From Takakia lepidozioides (taxonomy: Eukaryota > Plantae > Bryophyta), in the NCBI GenBank assembly GCA_030704615.1, contig CM060731.1, positions 72,540,001 to 72,604,000 on the forward strand: a stretch of DNA of 64,000 nt. Direction: 5' to 3'. The position numbers were made by a program, and so were the translations under genes. The notes beneath the pieces are model-generated. The model was not told the origin of the DNA and ran no database searches. It saw only the letters and a program-made list of their open reading frames with translations. This document shows, in pieces, positions 13,076 through 25,681 of the stretch. Position 1 is the stretch's first letter, and each line of letters begins with the position of its first letter.

Positions 13076-13425
13076 TGCCATGCCAGGCCTAAATCCGGGC
13101 GGTTACGATAGCAGCGCACACGGTAAGATGGGCGTCACGTCATGTGGGGTGCGTTTGGGTTTGCCGGATCGGGCTGCTTGGCGGCAGACCCACTAGACGC
13201 ACCAGACCCACCAGCAGGCAGACTGAGCTTGAGGCAGATCCCAGCCCGGGCAGACCCACTGGGGACCCGATGGTGGGCGGACCCAGCGGCGACTGTGGGC
13301 GGGCGGGGCCGCGAGTGGCTGCGGGGCTGGGCGGGGTGGGGGAGGGCGACCCTGCGTCCGTGCGGCCGTGCGCGTCTTGTCCCACACGCGCGACATAAAC
13401 TCCCAATTATTCAAAAATGAGAGGC
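13076..13425 (-). repeat. MULE B left TIR (now in flipped orientation)
   Basis: Ends CCCAATTATTCAAAAATGAGAGGC, near-identical to 25658-25681; similarity extends ~350 bp. Confidence 0.85.
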
Positions 13426-14189
13426 GTTTTCCTCAGTGTTGGACTGGTATCAAGTTTTTTACAGACTGGTCCTGCTAGTACCAGACATATCACAAAACTT
13501 TCGTACCAGTCTGGTCTATATAGTGGTGGACGTATTTTTTCTCCAGTTACTAGTATGAGTATGAATATCAGCTCATGGCGTCACTACAGGTTGCAGCATT
13601 CAAGGAATGCACTTCCATCTCCATAACGCAGGTTCTCTTGCATTAGAAAACTACGTCGTGCGGATGCCCCGCCGGGTGTCCTAAGACCGCTGCGCGCCAA
13701 GGGCCCGCATTATGGGAACTGGGTTGAGACAATGCATCCATCATGTGTGGCCTGGGTATAGACACCCGCTATCTCTATTCACAATTGCACCACTCATATT
13801 CTATTTTTGTCATATAATCTCCAAAGATTGCTTTACTAACCGAGCCTCTACCGTACATAATTGCAATGACCACAATGTTTACAAGTTGTATTGCTCCCAA
13901 AAATCTGTATACTGAAGTGAATCACCACCTTTTTATTTCACCGGATTACTCAAAGACACGAGGATGCTAGAACGTGAGCCCAACACCTCCATAGTCATGG
14001 TGGAGGACTGGTGTATATATATTGGTATATGCACCGGTATTAGATACCAGACCAGCTAGTATCATTTGGGAGAATACTTGGTCATATACTAGACCAGGTT
14101 GTGGACCCTCTCCACGGGCTTCTGCTAGCATGATAGCATACTACAATGGTCTCCCACTCCTGTGGTGCGTTGCTTTTTCGTCCTCAATC

Positions 14190-14390
14190 CCGATAGACCT
14201 AACTGTGGTAGACCCTGTCCTAGTACACCCTGTTCCAGCAGATCTTCCACTGCACTCTGTTTTAGGGCATACCCTTTTACGTGTTCACCCTGTTACATTA
14301 GACCCTATGCGTGTTCACCCAGTTGCAGTACACCCTATGCATTTTCACCCTGTTGCAGTAGACCCTGTGCTAGTACACCCTGTTAAAATA
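14190..14390. repeat. Degenerate tandem repeat (ACCCTGTT/ACCCTATG units)
   Basis: Recurring ~30-bp units. Confidence 0.7.
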
Positions 14391-14429
14391 GGGCCTGCCG
14401 GTACGACACTGGTCTGCTAATTGTGACAC

Positions 14430-16048
14430 TGGTCTGCTTCCCCTTGTACACATTGATGGTGTTCATCCAATGGTTGAATGGAATTCCGGTTGTATACATA
14501 TTGTCAGCACACAATCAAACATCAGACCTTATCCCGTTGATGTTAGCATTACGTGATGCCCTCCTTAAGGAAAAGCCCAGCTGACGGCCAAATGCCTTCA
14601 TTGTCGACGACGTTGAAGCAGAAATCAATGCTCGATGGTCTACCCTATGGTCTGTCCTATGGTCCGCTCTAGGGTCTGCTATATGGTCTGCCCTATTTTG
14701 TCTGCCCTGTTTGGTCTCACGTTTGTGGCAGTGCTGCATACGAATGCCCGGTCCAAGCACTTCTGACTTTGTGGATGCAGGTCTGTTTTCACAGGAGTAT
14801 GCATTTTCCTCTACCTTTGGCATGTACGAAAGGCCTGGGTCAAGCAATCATGCTAGAAAATCAGTGATCCGGGAACATCCTCGATTTGTTGGCAGATATG
14901 AGAGCCCTTATATACTACAGAGGTGGACCGCAGAAAGAAGACAAAGTTGTGAAATGGGTTAAGAAAAAATTGAAGGCAATGAAAAGAAATATCCTGCTGG
15001 TCAGTTGTTCCTCCACTACATTCATGTGTACTGGGTTCCCAAAATTGCTATGTGGCGTATTGCTACCCGCAACATTCCACATGCAAGCCAAGATACTAAT
15101 GCAAGCCAAGATACTAATGCAAGCATCGAGGCATACCACAAAAACTTAAAGGCGAGACTTAATATGGGCAAAGGCAAAATGACGGGTCGAAGAGCCGATT
15201 GGCTCATATGGGAGTTGGGTGTGTACTTATCCACTACTGGTACGGCATTCATCTGAAGATGCATGGGTTCATTCGCAACGATAAACAGGAAAAGCACATT
15301 TCCAGTGCAATATGTGCAGCCCGTGACATACCTCTTTCACGTGTGACTTTGCCTGCAGCGCCTGGGCAGCCTGCTTACGTAATCAGCTCCTCTGATCTAA
15401 ATACAACATACACCGTGTTCAATCCAGAGTCGCAGTGGGCCTGTTGCACCTGTCCGTGGGCGCTGAAAGGCAATCTGTGCAAGCACTAGGTTCGGGTCAT
15501 AAAGTTGTTAAAACCAGACCTGCAAAACGGTCTCATTGTCCGGACATGTGGTACCCACCTTGGTACTGTTCACGGTGGGTCGGAGAATTTGGACGAATAC
15601 GACGGCATGGCAATATGCGACCTCGAAAGCGGTAACGATAATGTGCGCGCAAGCACAACCCCGAACACGGCGGAATCATTGCTCACGCCAGACCTGTTGG
15701 AAGCTATTTTGAAACGGGAGATAACCAACCTACTTGACCTTGTAAACAAAGACGCATACCTTATACACCATTGCTTGTCTGCGGTGCGTGTTTGCCGAGG
15801 GCAGATGCAAGATATCCTTGTCAAAAAAGCTTCCGACATGTTACACCCGACTGCATCGTGTAAAAGACAACAACAACATGTCATTGAAGAGGAAAAAGGA
15901 TTTTGTGGAACATTTTCAAGTTCGGCGGAAAATGAAACTAAATGGGGGGAAACGTGTGTCTGCCCTTCCCCCTGTTAGCCACATTTACTCGGCTCTGAGG
16001 AGGGTGTCCCATCATCCAGAACTGAGAAAGAATGATAAATCTAACTAA
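14430..16048 (+). pseudogene. MULE/SWIM transposase, C-terminal half
   Basis: FPLYTLMVF, PNAFIVDDVEAE (second D), LWHVRKAW, TNASIEAYH (E), RRADWLI, SWIM motif CTCPWALKGNLCKH. Confidence 0.85.
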
Positions 16049-16649
16049 GAAAATGACCTGTAGTAGACCAATGCGGCAGACCAATGACCGCAGACCATCT
16101 GGGAGTCCCTTTATGTGCTTTTTAAATGATTGATGAAGGAGACCAATGAAGTCAGTAAATGAGCCAAAGTCAATCAGTAGACCAATGTACTAGAGCAATG
16201 AAGCAAGCATAATTCAATGAAGCACTCAAAGGGGTAGACCAAGATAGTACAGTGGACTAATGATGCAATCGACAGACCCATGGAATATTCGACAATCAAC
16301 AGAGCTGTGCCAAGTTTGGGCAACCACGGAATTCAGTAGACCACTGACTCTACTAGACCGCGAAATATAGTGGACCACTATCTCATGGACAGACCTATGC
16401 CAAGCAGCAAACCAGCAAGGAATTGACCAAGCAATAGACCGAAATCAAAAATCGACTAATCAACCGATCGATATCAATCTATGGTCCAAACCAAGTCCAC
16501 TCCGCGGAGGGACTAGACCAATAACATCAGTTCACCAGCAGACCACGTCGAGCACTACACCATACATAACATCGATCAGACCAGGAACGGAGTGTAAAGC
16601 AGTAGACCACGACAACAGACTAATGAAATGTTCCACGAAAGTGTAGACC

Positions 16650-19600
16650 ATACACACCCGGTCAATAATCACCAAACTCCAATGAGACCTGCCACACCGC
16701 AGGACGCATCAGCATAAGGGAAAAACTGCAAATCAAAATGGCAGACCCATTGAGCAGACTAGTAGACCTGGACAGACCAAGTAGAGCTGGGCAGAGCTGG
16801 GCAGACCATGTACCAATGCTGCAGACCAATGATGGTGGACCAATGATAAAGGGCAGAGAAACAGTCGAAACACACGACACTTACCCATCAACTATTGGTA
16901 CCAATATGTACTTGTAGGTCTTCAGGTCCTTGCCCATACGATGCAATGTCAATCCGTGCTCCACCTTCGAGCGAACTCGTTCGTGACCTACACTTCAATG
17001 AATCATCACTACACTCCAAACCCACGTCGGCAAAATAGCAACATTATTATATGTCTTGACATCGAGATCCTTCTGATAAAAGCTGCACCACAACTCAAGC
17101 AATCGGTCTGTAGCCTCGGATTCCTGTTTCTCTAGGGCTTTCAGGTCGTCGGTGCAATACTCGTTCAAACTGTGGGTCATTTTCAAAAAAGTACAGCATT
17201 GCTTTTCCCTCAGAGATATGTGCGTTGAAAGTGGAGCCAAATCGGGCTGTGAACTTGCACAGACTCGGAAAAAGCCTTTAACAAGATAGACACCGGGCTG
17301 GCAGACCCGGAAGGACACGAATTTTTTTTTTGGGCTTGCGGCCATCAACTTCACAAAAGCGTCGCTGGGGGCGCCCTGCGCTGGGACGCCCAATGTTGCG
17401 ACGCCAGGGGGTCGCAACGGCGTCGCCACAGGGGATCGCAATGGTGTTGTGGTCAACTTAGGTCATCACAAGGACGTCGCTTGGGGCGCCTGGCGGTGGG
17501 GGGGGTGCAAGAACGGCGACGATGCTGTGGCTGGGCACTAAGGCTGTGGAGGTTGCAACTCCCCGGCGTCACAAGAGAGACCCCCTTCGAAAGAACTTGA
17601 AGGCTCTTGAAGGAAATCTGTATATGTGTATATATATATATATTTAGATTGTTTTTTTGATACATAGATGTAGCGTAGGTGTGTCAGTTAGTTTACAGTA
17701 GTGTCTTAGAAATGTTATAACGTGGAGGTCTTAGGTTCAAGTATGCATTGCATGATATATATAGAACAATGAACATATTGCCATTAGACAGAACCGGAGT
17801 CAATGGTCAATAAGTTTTTGAAAGTCAAATTTCAAATTCAAATTTTCCTGCCTAAATTCAAATGTACCCACTTAAAAATTGACGTCCGGACGTCGCACTT
17901 TGCGACCCCCGGAAAGTGCGACGTCCGGAAGGTGCTAATTCTGCATTGCAGAGTAGGTTTTTTTTATTTTTTTTATTTTAATTTTTCCGACGTCCGGGGG
18001 TCTCAAATCGCGTCGGCGTCGCAAATCGCGGTTTCGTCTATTTGCGACCCCCATTGGTCGCAAATTTGCGATGTCGTTTTGGTGACATCCTTGCGACGGG
18101 CTTGCGACGCTCGGACGTCGCAAATTTGGGTTCTCCCCCCTGCTCGACAAGGGCTGTTTTACGACGCCGCGGCGTGGCTGCGGCGTCGAAAACCCCCCCC
18201 CCCCCCCCCCCCTTTTTTCTGTAGTGTTTGTGGGCGCTATGGGTGTCTGCAATTGCGCCACTCCTGTGGCAGATACATCTTTGACTACAGTGACTGGATC
18301 CAGAGAATGAGAAGGGATAGAAACATGTGCATGGGTTTCCAAAAGGTCTGCTGAAAGGTCTGTTGTGGGGTCTACCTTCTCACTGGGGGAGTCGAACATA
18401 AGGAGCACCCTATCAACGGATTGGTCTAACGCCAATTGTGGGTCTACAGACAAGTCGGGGTCCACACAACTAAGCGGCAAAACGGCCAAAGATGCATCCT
18501 CATCTTCTGTAGACCCTGCCTCTAACAGATGGGGAAGGTCACAGTCCAAAGTGTCACAGTCATAGTCCATAGTTGCAATTGCAGAATTGGTCTGTACTAT
18601 GGATAAATGAGCAGTGACACCTTCTCGGTACTGTTCAGGCTATGCTGTCTCGGAAGGTCTGGAGGCAATGGTAAGGTCCACTACCACTCTCTGCTTCTCA
18701 GCAGATGTTGCAGTGGGGGGGAAAGTAATTGTTCATCTCATTTTCGACAACTCGTACAAGTGCCAGGGAGGATCGGCGTCGCTTCCTGGGTTTTTTCCGC
18801 CAGGTCTTCACGAATGTCAAATGGTCTGATGTCCTGCACTGGCAGGGTCTGCTGATGTTGGAATGGTGAGGTGTCAGCGTCCATATCTGCGTCGCAAAGC
18901 ACTTCTGTGGTGCTGTTGTCAAGCAATGTACCAGGCAGTGTGTCTTGCGGCAAGGTCTGATCTTCTCTCCTCTGCTCCGGTAAGGTCTGATCAGGTCTGC
19001 ACTGGTCGGGAAAGGTCTGCTGTGATACGGTCTGGTCTAGTCTGGTATCCTCTGGTCTTCTGGGGTCTGGTCTCTTGTGCACTCATCTCGTCTGGAGTCA
19101 TTCGCTCTGGTTTGGTCTGGTGTGGTCTAGTCTAATGGGGACTAATCCTCTAGTCTGGTCTGGTCTGGTCTGGTATGCTCTGGTCTGCTATCCACCATAG
19201 TGGTTTGCTCTGGGAAGGTGGATGGTGGGAAGGTCTGCATCTGATGTAAGATGGGTGCCCACTGATCTAGAAAGGTCTACTCATGGAAGGTGTTCTAGAA
19301 GTTGTTATTTGGAAAGGTATGCATAACCAAGGTCTCCCTGGTAATTTCGGGTAAGGTGTGCAATGCCTCCACGAAAGTCTGTTTTGGCAAGGACTAGTCG
19401 GAAAAAGTCGTTAAGTTTCTGTTACCCAAACAAGTCTCACGAAGTCTGGCCAACAATTCGAGAAAAAGGGCCTCGGACTTTGGTGTCCCACCACATTGTC
19501 TGTCTGGGGAGTACTGACAATCCAGTCGGGGGTCTGCTATTCCTTGTTCTCCATTGACAAGGTCTGCTGGTTTGCATATCGGTACTTGGGATTTTGCTGG

Positions 19601-19900
19601 GAAGGGTCTGCTCGCTCCACGGTCTGCTCGTTGCGGTCCTGCTGGGTCTCCATGGGAGTTGGGTTCTGTGTAGATGAAGGGTCTGTTATTGTACGAACTC
19701 CAATGAGCCTGTATTTAATGGGTGACTCGACGCCAGTATGGCCACGGAGGGCTCTTAGAAGCTGCCGTGCGCCATTGGCGTATTGGTCAAGAACATTCCT
19801 ACAAGCTCGTCCTCCGGGTCGTACTCTGCAACAATGTCACAAACATTCAGAAACAAAGCACTCATCCTTGGTGTGCTAACAAATGGAAGAATACATGGGG
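16650..19900 (-). pseudogene. Ulp1/SENP (peptidase C48)-like gene of MULE B, interrupted by a CACTA-like insert
   Basis: DDLKALEKQESEATDRLLELW...YKYILVPIVDG, spliced (GT at ~16883, AG at 16689) to SHWSLVIIDR, the C48 catalytic-His motif; upstream low-complexity coding at 18230-19900; 5' boundary uncertain. Confidence 0.7.
17310..18226. mobile_element. Non-autonomous CACTA-like element (right TIR intact)
   Basis: Ends TTTTTTCTGTAGTG (reverse complement CACTACAGAAAAAA); many TGCGACG/CGTCGCA subterminal repeats; left TIR not found. Confidence 0.7.
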
Positions 19901-20039
19901 GTTTGCTGGTTGACGTGGTCTGCTTTATAATGTCTGTTGGTTATCATGGTTCACATAGTCTGCGATAAAGTTTGCGAGAAGATCTACGTTCATGGTCACC
20001 GACAAGGTCTGTTAAAGGTCTAATGACATACCATGATCT

Positions 20040-21010
20040 AGGACTGTGGTCCACAGCCCAATATCTTTCATCAGCCGATCCATGAAGGCCTCGTTAAGCT
20101 CTCCCAGAGCTGCAACACGGTCCTCTGCTAGAAAGCTCCAGAGCACTTGGAAAGCATGTCATTTGTTAATGAATGCAATGTCCAAAACCGCACGCTCCTG
20201 CACAGTCACAAACCACATCATGGCGTCTTGCGTGATACTTTCCCGAGCCTCTTCGCTTCCGTGCAGCACGTCCATCCGCAGATTGTGAATTTTTTTTTTA
20301 AATTTGGTGTAAGACCTGAAATTGCCAAATTGCATCCACTGACGGCGGAGGAAACAATCTGTCATCTCCTGAAAAGCACTCTCTGTCAAGCTCGCTAAGT
20401 GCTTCGGACGAATACCAAATATTGGGTGGGCGATGGCCATGTGCCTTATCTGTAGTGGGCGTGGATCGTGCATGAGAAAGAGCTGCGCGATAAGCGGTGG
20501 CTCGGTCTCTTCTGCCAGAAGCGCCACTCCATATTCATGGGCTTTGTCCAAAACATGGGTGGCCTCTTCCGCCGTGAACTCCATTGAGGAGTGCTGCGGA
20601 GCAAAGGTCCACCGGGAGGCGACGATGCGGTGAAGCTCATTGTACCAGTCGAGGCCAAATGGGAAATCAGTTCGGCAACACAATGTGGTCTGCTGTGGGT
20701 CTGCTGCAGAGGTACGAAGGTCCGCTGGAGGACGGGTCATGGAAGAAAGGTCCACTGAGCCGGGTCTGCTAGTTTGACCGGTGCTCTCAAAAGCCTTTGC
20801 CGCAGACGAAGGGAGGCCTGCTGTAGGGCCAGTGGTACCATCCTAAATTGATGCAATGGCATCGGCCGACTGTGGATACAAACTCAGGATGTAGTCGCGA
20901 ATATCAGGGACCTCATTCCGGACAAGTGTATTTTCCAAGGGAGGACCGTTGGACCTGTACTTCCTGATTTGCAAAGCCCTGTACACTCGGTTGTCTTACG
21001 CATTCGCCTC
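20040..21010 (-). pseudogene. Unknown accessory ORF of MULE B
   Basis: 198-aa globular-looking ORF (20159-20755) continuing past one stop; preceded by an intron-like region. Confidence 0.45.
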
Positions 21011-22008
21011 CTGAAAACAAACAACAAATTGGCCATGATAATAGAGCAGTAGATCATAGACCATAGACCAGTAGTCCAGCCCAAATTGGCCATAATAGTA
21101 GACTAGTAGACCATACACCAGTAGGCCATATCAGTAGACCACACCAAAAGACCAGTAGAGCATAGCAATAGACCACAGTCGTGGACCCATGCAGCAGACC
21201 ACAGCCAGGACAGTATGACCCTCTCAAAGCAATGCAGTACCATGTTGCAAAAAGCAGACCCGAAACAGTAGACCGTTCGCAACGGACCACATATATAACA
21301 ATAATAAAGAACAATATACCATGATTTGCAACAGGGGAAAGTAGAAGCACGGCCGTGGACCCATGCAGCAGACCATAGCCAGAACAAGTAATGCAATATC
21401 ATGTACAGAACAGTAGACCGACAGCAACAGACCACACATACAGCACCCAACATAGTATATCACTCATTTCAACCAGGAAATCAAAACTACCATAGAAAGA
21501 GTGGTTCAAGTACCTGGAGGCCATTGTAGTCTTCATCTCTTGGGTGTGATCGTGCCTCCACCCACTTCTTCTCTACTATGTGAATGGTCTGCTATATTTT
21601 CCCTGATCTCATGTAACCATACAAAAATGGGAAAAACTCCGGATCTGATTCATCTGGGTACTCGTCTAGCAAAAGACCGTGGGGAAGAAGGTATAATGTG
21701 CCAGGGCGGACAGGGGTGCCCATTACATCTCCATGAACGTCAGTCATGGTCTGTTGTTTATTGGTCTACTTGTTGGGTCTGATATGTGGTCTGCTTCGTG
21801 GGTTTGTTTGAGGGTGTGATTCCTCCATGGGGGTCTCCGAGTCTAGGTCATGTACCGGCGGGGCGTACCCAATGGGGTCGTTCACCAAGTACGGTCTCAC
21901 AACTATTCACGGCGGCTCCGTTGACATGTCCTGAACATGATCCTCCTCTTCATGGGAGTCTTCCTCACTTGAGTCATCCCCACTGGATGACAGAGTTCGA
22001 ACGACAGC

Positions 22009-22610
22009 CTATGGTCTGCTGGTGCTGGTTTGTTGGGACCGACCTGGTTGCAATTCTTTGCTAGTCACTCTCATATCCCGTGGTCTGCCAGTACTGGTAC
22101 TGGCAGATCCGTGACTTTTCCGGTCTACATTTCTTTTAGCTCCATCACTGAGCTTCCTTGTCTTCACTAGCACAACGCGGCCGGGGCCTAGCAGGGCGGC
22201 TTTAGTGTAATAACGCTTCCGCACTTCCTCAGCAGACCGAGCGACGACAGGTGCACCCCTACACTTTGCAGTGATTTCTTTTGCAGGCCTTAGACAAACT
22301 TGGCTTGGGCCAAGGCTTGAAGTTCTCAGGGACCAAACCTTTGCATCCTCCATCAAGGACATGGCCATTTAGAGTCTCTTTGTCCTTGACAATGTCGGGG
22401 CAAAAGGGGTACTAAAACCGATCCTTTGGCCAGTTTTCTTTCTCTTTCGCTACGCGCAAGTCCAAAAATGCTTCTACTATCTTAGCATCGTACTCACTTG
22501 GCTCATAACGGTACCTTCTCTTTGCTTTGTGGCAAGGGGCATGCACATATTCCACCCAAATAGGCTCCACCCTTTGGGCAAGCTTCTTCCATGGCTGCAA
22601 CATAAGCAAG
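22009..22610 (-). pseudogene. Unknown Cys/His zinc-finger-like ORF, copy B
   Basis: WVEYVH...KIVEAFLDLRV...PFCPDIVKDKETLNGHVLDGGCK...FKPWP; homologous to 7606-8150. Confidence 0.55.
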
Positions 22611-22827
22611 AATTGTGTTAGGGACGGTCTGTTGAATGCAAATGAAGAAGAGCAAGCAAAAAAGGAACTAAAGGTCTCGCGGTGAAGGAAGTCTGGTGAA
22701 GTTGATATCTTTGCACTTCGGCAATGATGGGCACACGACCTTTCAAGAGCGGGCGGGCGCTACAAACGAATCGTCGGGTCGAAGAGGCAAAAACCGCGAA
22801 GCGCAACACAACGTGCAAGAGCAAAGT

Positions 22828-24027
22828 CACTTCTACGTTTAGGGGGGGTTAGCGACGCCGCGACCCTGGGCGCGCCGGACGCGACGACCCTACTGCGACT
22901 GTAGCGCCGCGCAGGCGCCTGGTCCGGAAATTGCGACATCGGCCCGTCGCCGCCGCGCCGCTCCGGTGACGCTTCGCCTGCTTGCGATTCCGCCACATCG
23001 CTGCTGTTAGGGATGACCCGCCAGCGAGCTGGGGGTTGCGACGCCCGGGCGTCGCACTTACCCTTTGCGACGCTCTCGCAAGGCTGCAACTGCCGGGAGT
23101 CGCAACAACACCCCCTCACACTTAGGCGCGTGGGGAGGGTCGAGTCAGGTCGTGTTGGGGTTTGCGACGTCCAGACGTCGCCGAAATGCCACAATGGCGA
23201 GGTTGCGATTCCCCGCAGTTGCATGCCTGCTGGGGCGACGCTCCTACAGGGCCGCGACGTTGGGGAGTCGTAAGGATGTCATTTCCCCCTTGGCCGCCAC
23301 GTGGCAAGGGCATGCCACCTCGTGGGGGTTGCGACTGCTAGAAGAAGTTGCCCGTCAGCGGTAATGCGACGGGCCTGCGACGTCCGGGAGTCACAGAGAG
23401 ACCCTATTTAGTGTCTCTTTGCAAAGGTCATGGCAGAGGCCAGGATCAATTGATCCCCTTCTTCCAATCTTTATAGTGCTCCTTCTCTCTTGCTGTATAA
23501 CAGGGCCAGAGTTCTTTCTACCACCATTGGTGCCGATCCCAGCAAACTTGACGGCCGCCGCCACATCCTCCTCCTCCTCCCCTCAGGTGGGATGATGATT
23601 TTTTGCACATGCACATGATTTTGTTTTATTCCGTTCCCAAGCCATATGCTTAATGAGAGCGTTTGCAATGCGTGTGCAAATTTTGGGAGTAAACAAAAAT
23701 CATTTGGACTGAAAACCATATTTTCTTCCCTCATTTGCACTCCTAAGTTGAGTTCTTTTCAACTTCATGCACTCTCCATAGAGAGATCCGCAATAGTGAG
23801 TGAAGGAAACTCTTTGTTGTTTTTTTTTTGGTCCAATTTTTCCATGGATGTAGTGGTCTGGGGTTTGCATACACAAAACAAAATAGAGCTAAAACAAAAA
23901 TCATTACGTAGGACAAATCCGCAATCATAGATATTGTAAATGCAAGGGGTTGCGACCTCCAGGGGTCGCCTTGCGATGCCCCAACAGGTCTGCGACGGCG
24001 GGGAATTGCAATATCGCCTTTTTTGTG
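22828..24027. mobile_element. Degenerate CACTA-like subterminal regions
   Basis: TGCGAC-rich blocks at 22828-23413 (CACT...TAGTG) and 23940-24025; no matching 3-bp TSD. Confidence 0.5.
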
Positions 24028-25347
24028 TCTTTGCAAAGGTCATGGCAGAGGCCAAGCTGAATGGATCCATTGTTGCAAATCTTTTTAGTCCTCCTTCTGT
24101 GCTACAATATAACAGGTCTATCTTGCATGTGGGAGACCGTGATCAACCCGGGCGGCCTTATTGTTAAAGACAAAGGGCAAGAAGAGGGGGTGGGGACACT
24201 AGGAAAGGAAAAGGGAAGGGCCATGGGATAAGAGGGTTGAGGGTAGACTGCTTTGGCAATGGCTTTAGCAACATTGTTGTCTTTCACACCAATTTCGAAG
24301 ATTCTTTCTGTTGCATTGAGATCATGGTAACCAAATCGATTGAAGGGTTTCCAGGGGTAAGTCTTGGTCAGCACTTGTAGAACAAGAACCATGTCTTCCA
24401 ACATTCTTGCCCTCTTACAAAAACTCAACAATCCTAGAGTCGTTTTTTCGAGTCACAACTTCACTAGAATCATTCCTAGATCGCCACACCTACAAAGGAT
24501 TTTTTTCATGGATTTTTCATTAATCAATCATAGAAATAAGCTACATGCATGTACATGTACAATCAATCAAAGGGATGGGTACAATTCTGTGCGAGAATTA
24601 TTATGTAGCTTTGATTATGTGTCTAATCAACTTGAATATCATCATCCGGAGCTTCTTCGTCCTCATCAAGCTGCAAGTCTTCTTGCTCATCAGAGTCATT
24701 GTCATAAATGGCCTAACATGGCTTCCTACTGAAGGGGATCACTGAAATCAAAAACTTCTTCGTAGGAAGCCTCTTCAACCATATTCTATATGCAAGATAC
24801 TCCAAATCGTAGGGGGTCAGAAAGCCCAGGCTGCCATTTAAAAATAATAATATTCTGGAGATCAAAATGGGGAAGACAAACCAGCCATGCACATATGCTT
24901 CCGCCATTTTTGCAATGCCATTCTACACATGCTATATGGAGGACAAGCCTCGAACAAGACAGTGTGACAAGGGAAAGACCGATTCTCAATTGGTGTCCGC
25001 TAAAATGAGTCGTTTTTGTTAGCAAAGAGCTAAATACTTCTATTCAAGTCTGCACTGTAAACTCAATGTAAACAATGACGTATTCCCCGCGCTCAAACAG
25101 TCCCACGAATAGGCGAACAACAAAACAAAAATAGTAGAAGCATATGAACAAAGGAGGCTGTGGCTTGAAACGATGGACTCCGACGTTGCCACGAGAGTCC
25201 ATGGAGTCATGCAAAGGGATTCTTCACAACCGGGTGAGTCTGTTGGTTCTAAACAATCAAACAACAAACAACAGTAAACAACAACGACAGATGATAGGCA
25301 ACAGAGAAAAGAGAAAAGAGCAAAGGGGGTCTGAGGAGATCAGCGAG

Positions 25348-25681
25348 TGCCATGGCATGCCCTAAATCCGGACGGTCTGGATAAAACCGGGTCTGGATAA
25401 AACCGGGTCTGGACGGGCAGATGCGCACCACGTAGGTCTGGGTCTACTGTGCCGGTCTGCCAGACGACATGCACCACCAACGGGCAGACCGAGCTTGGGG
25501 TAGACCCCAGCCCGGGCAGACCCACTAGGGACCCGATGGCGGGCGGGCTGGGCTATGGGGCTTCCGACCGCGCTGCGCGGCTGGCAGGTGGGGGTGGGCG
25601 GGGGAGGGCGACCCCACGTCCGTGCGTGCCCTGTCCCACACGCGCGAACATAAACTCCCAATTATTCAAAAAATGAGAGGC
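25348..25681 (+). repeat. MULE B right TIR
   Basis: Homologous to 13076-13425; followed by TSD GAGGAAAAC. Confidence 0.85.

Larger units (their letters stand above)
11547..25681. mobile_element. Large Mutator-like element B (left end inverted)
   Basis: Related ends at 13076-13425 and 25348-25681; flanks GTTTTCCTC (13426-13434) and GAGGAAAAC (25682-25690) are reverse complements, i.e. a 9-bp TSD; contains a MULE/SWIM transposase. Confidence 0.85.

Noticed and set aside
13582-13590. CACTACAGG as the left TIR partner of 18226
   Set aside because: No subterminal repeats, and its flank (CGT) does not match TTT
17675-17750. tRNA gene (GGTTCAAG B-box-like)
   Set aside because: No cloverleaf; lies inside a CACTA-like insert
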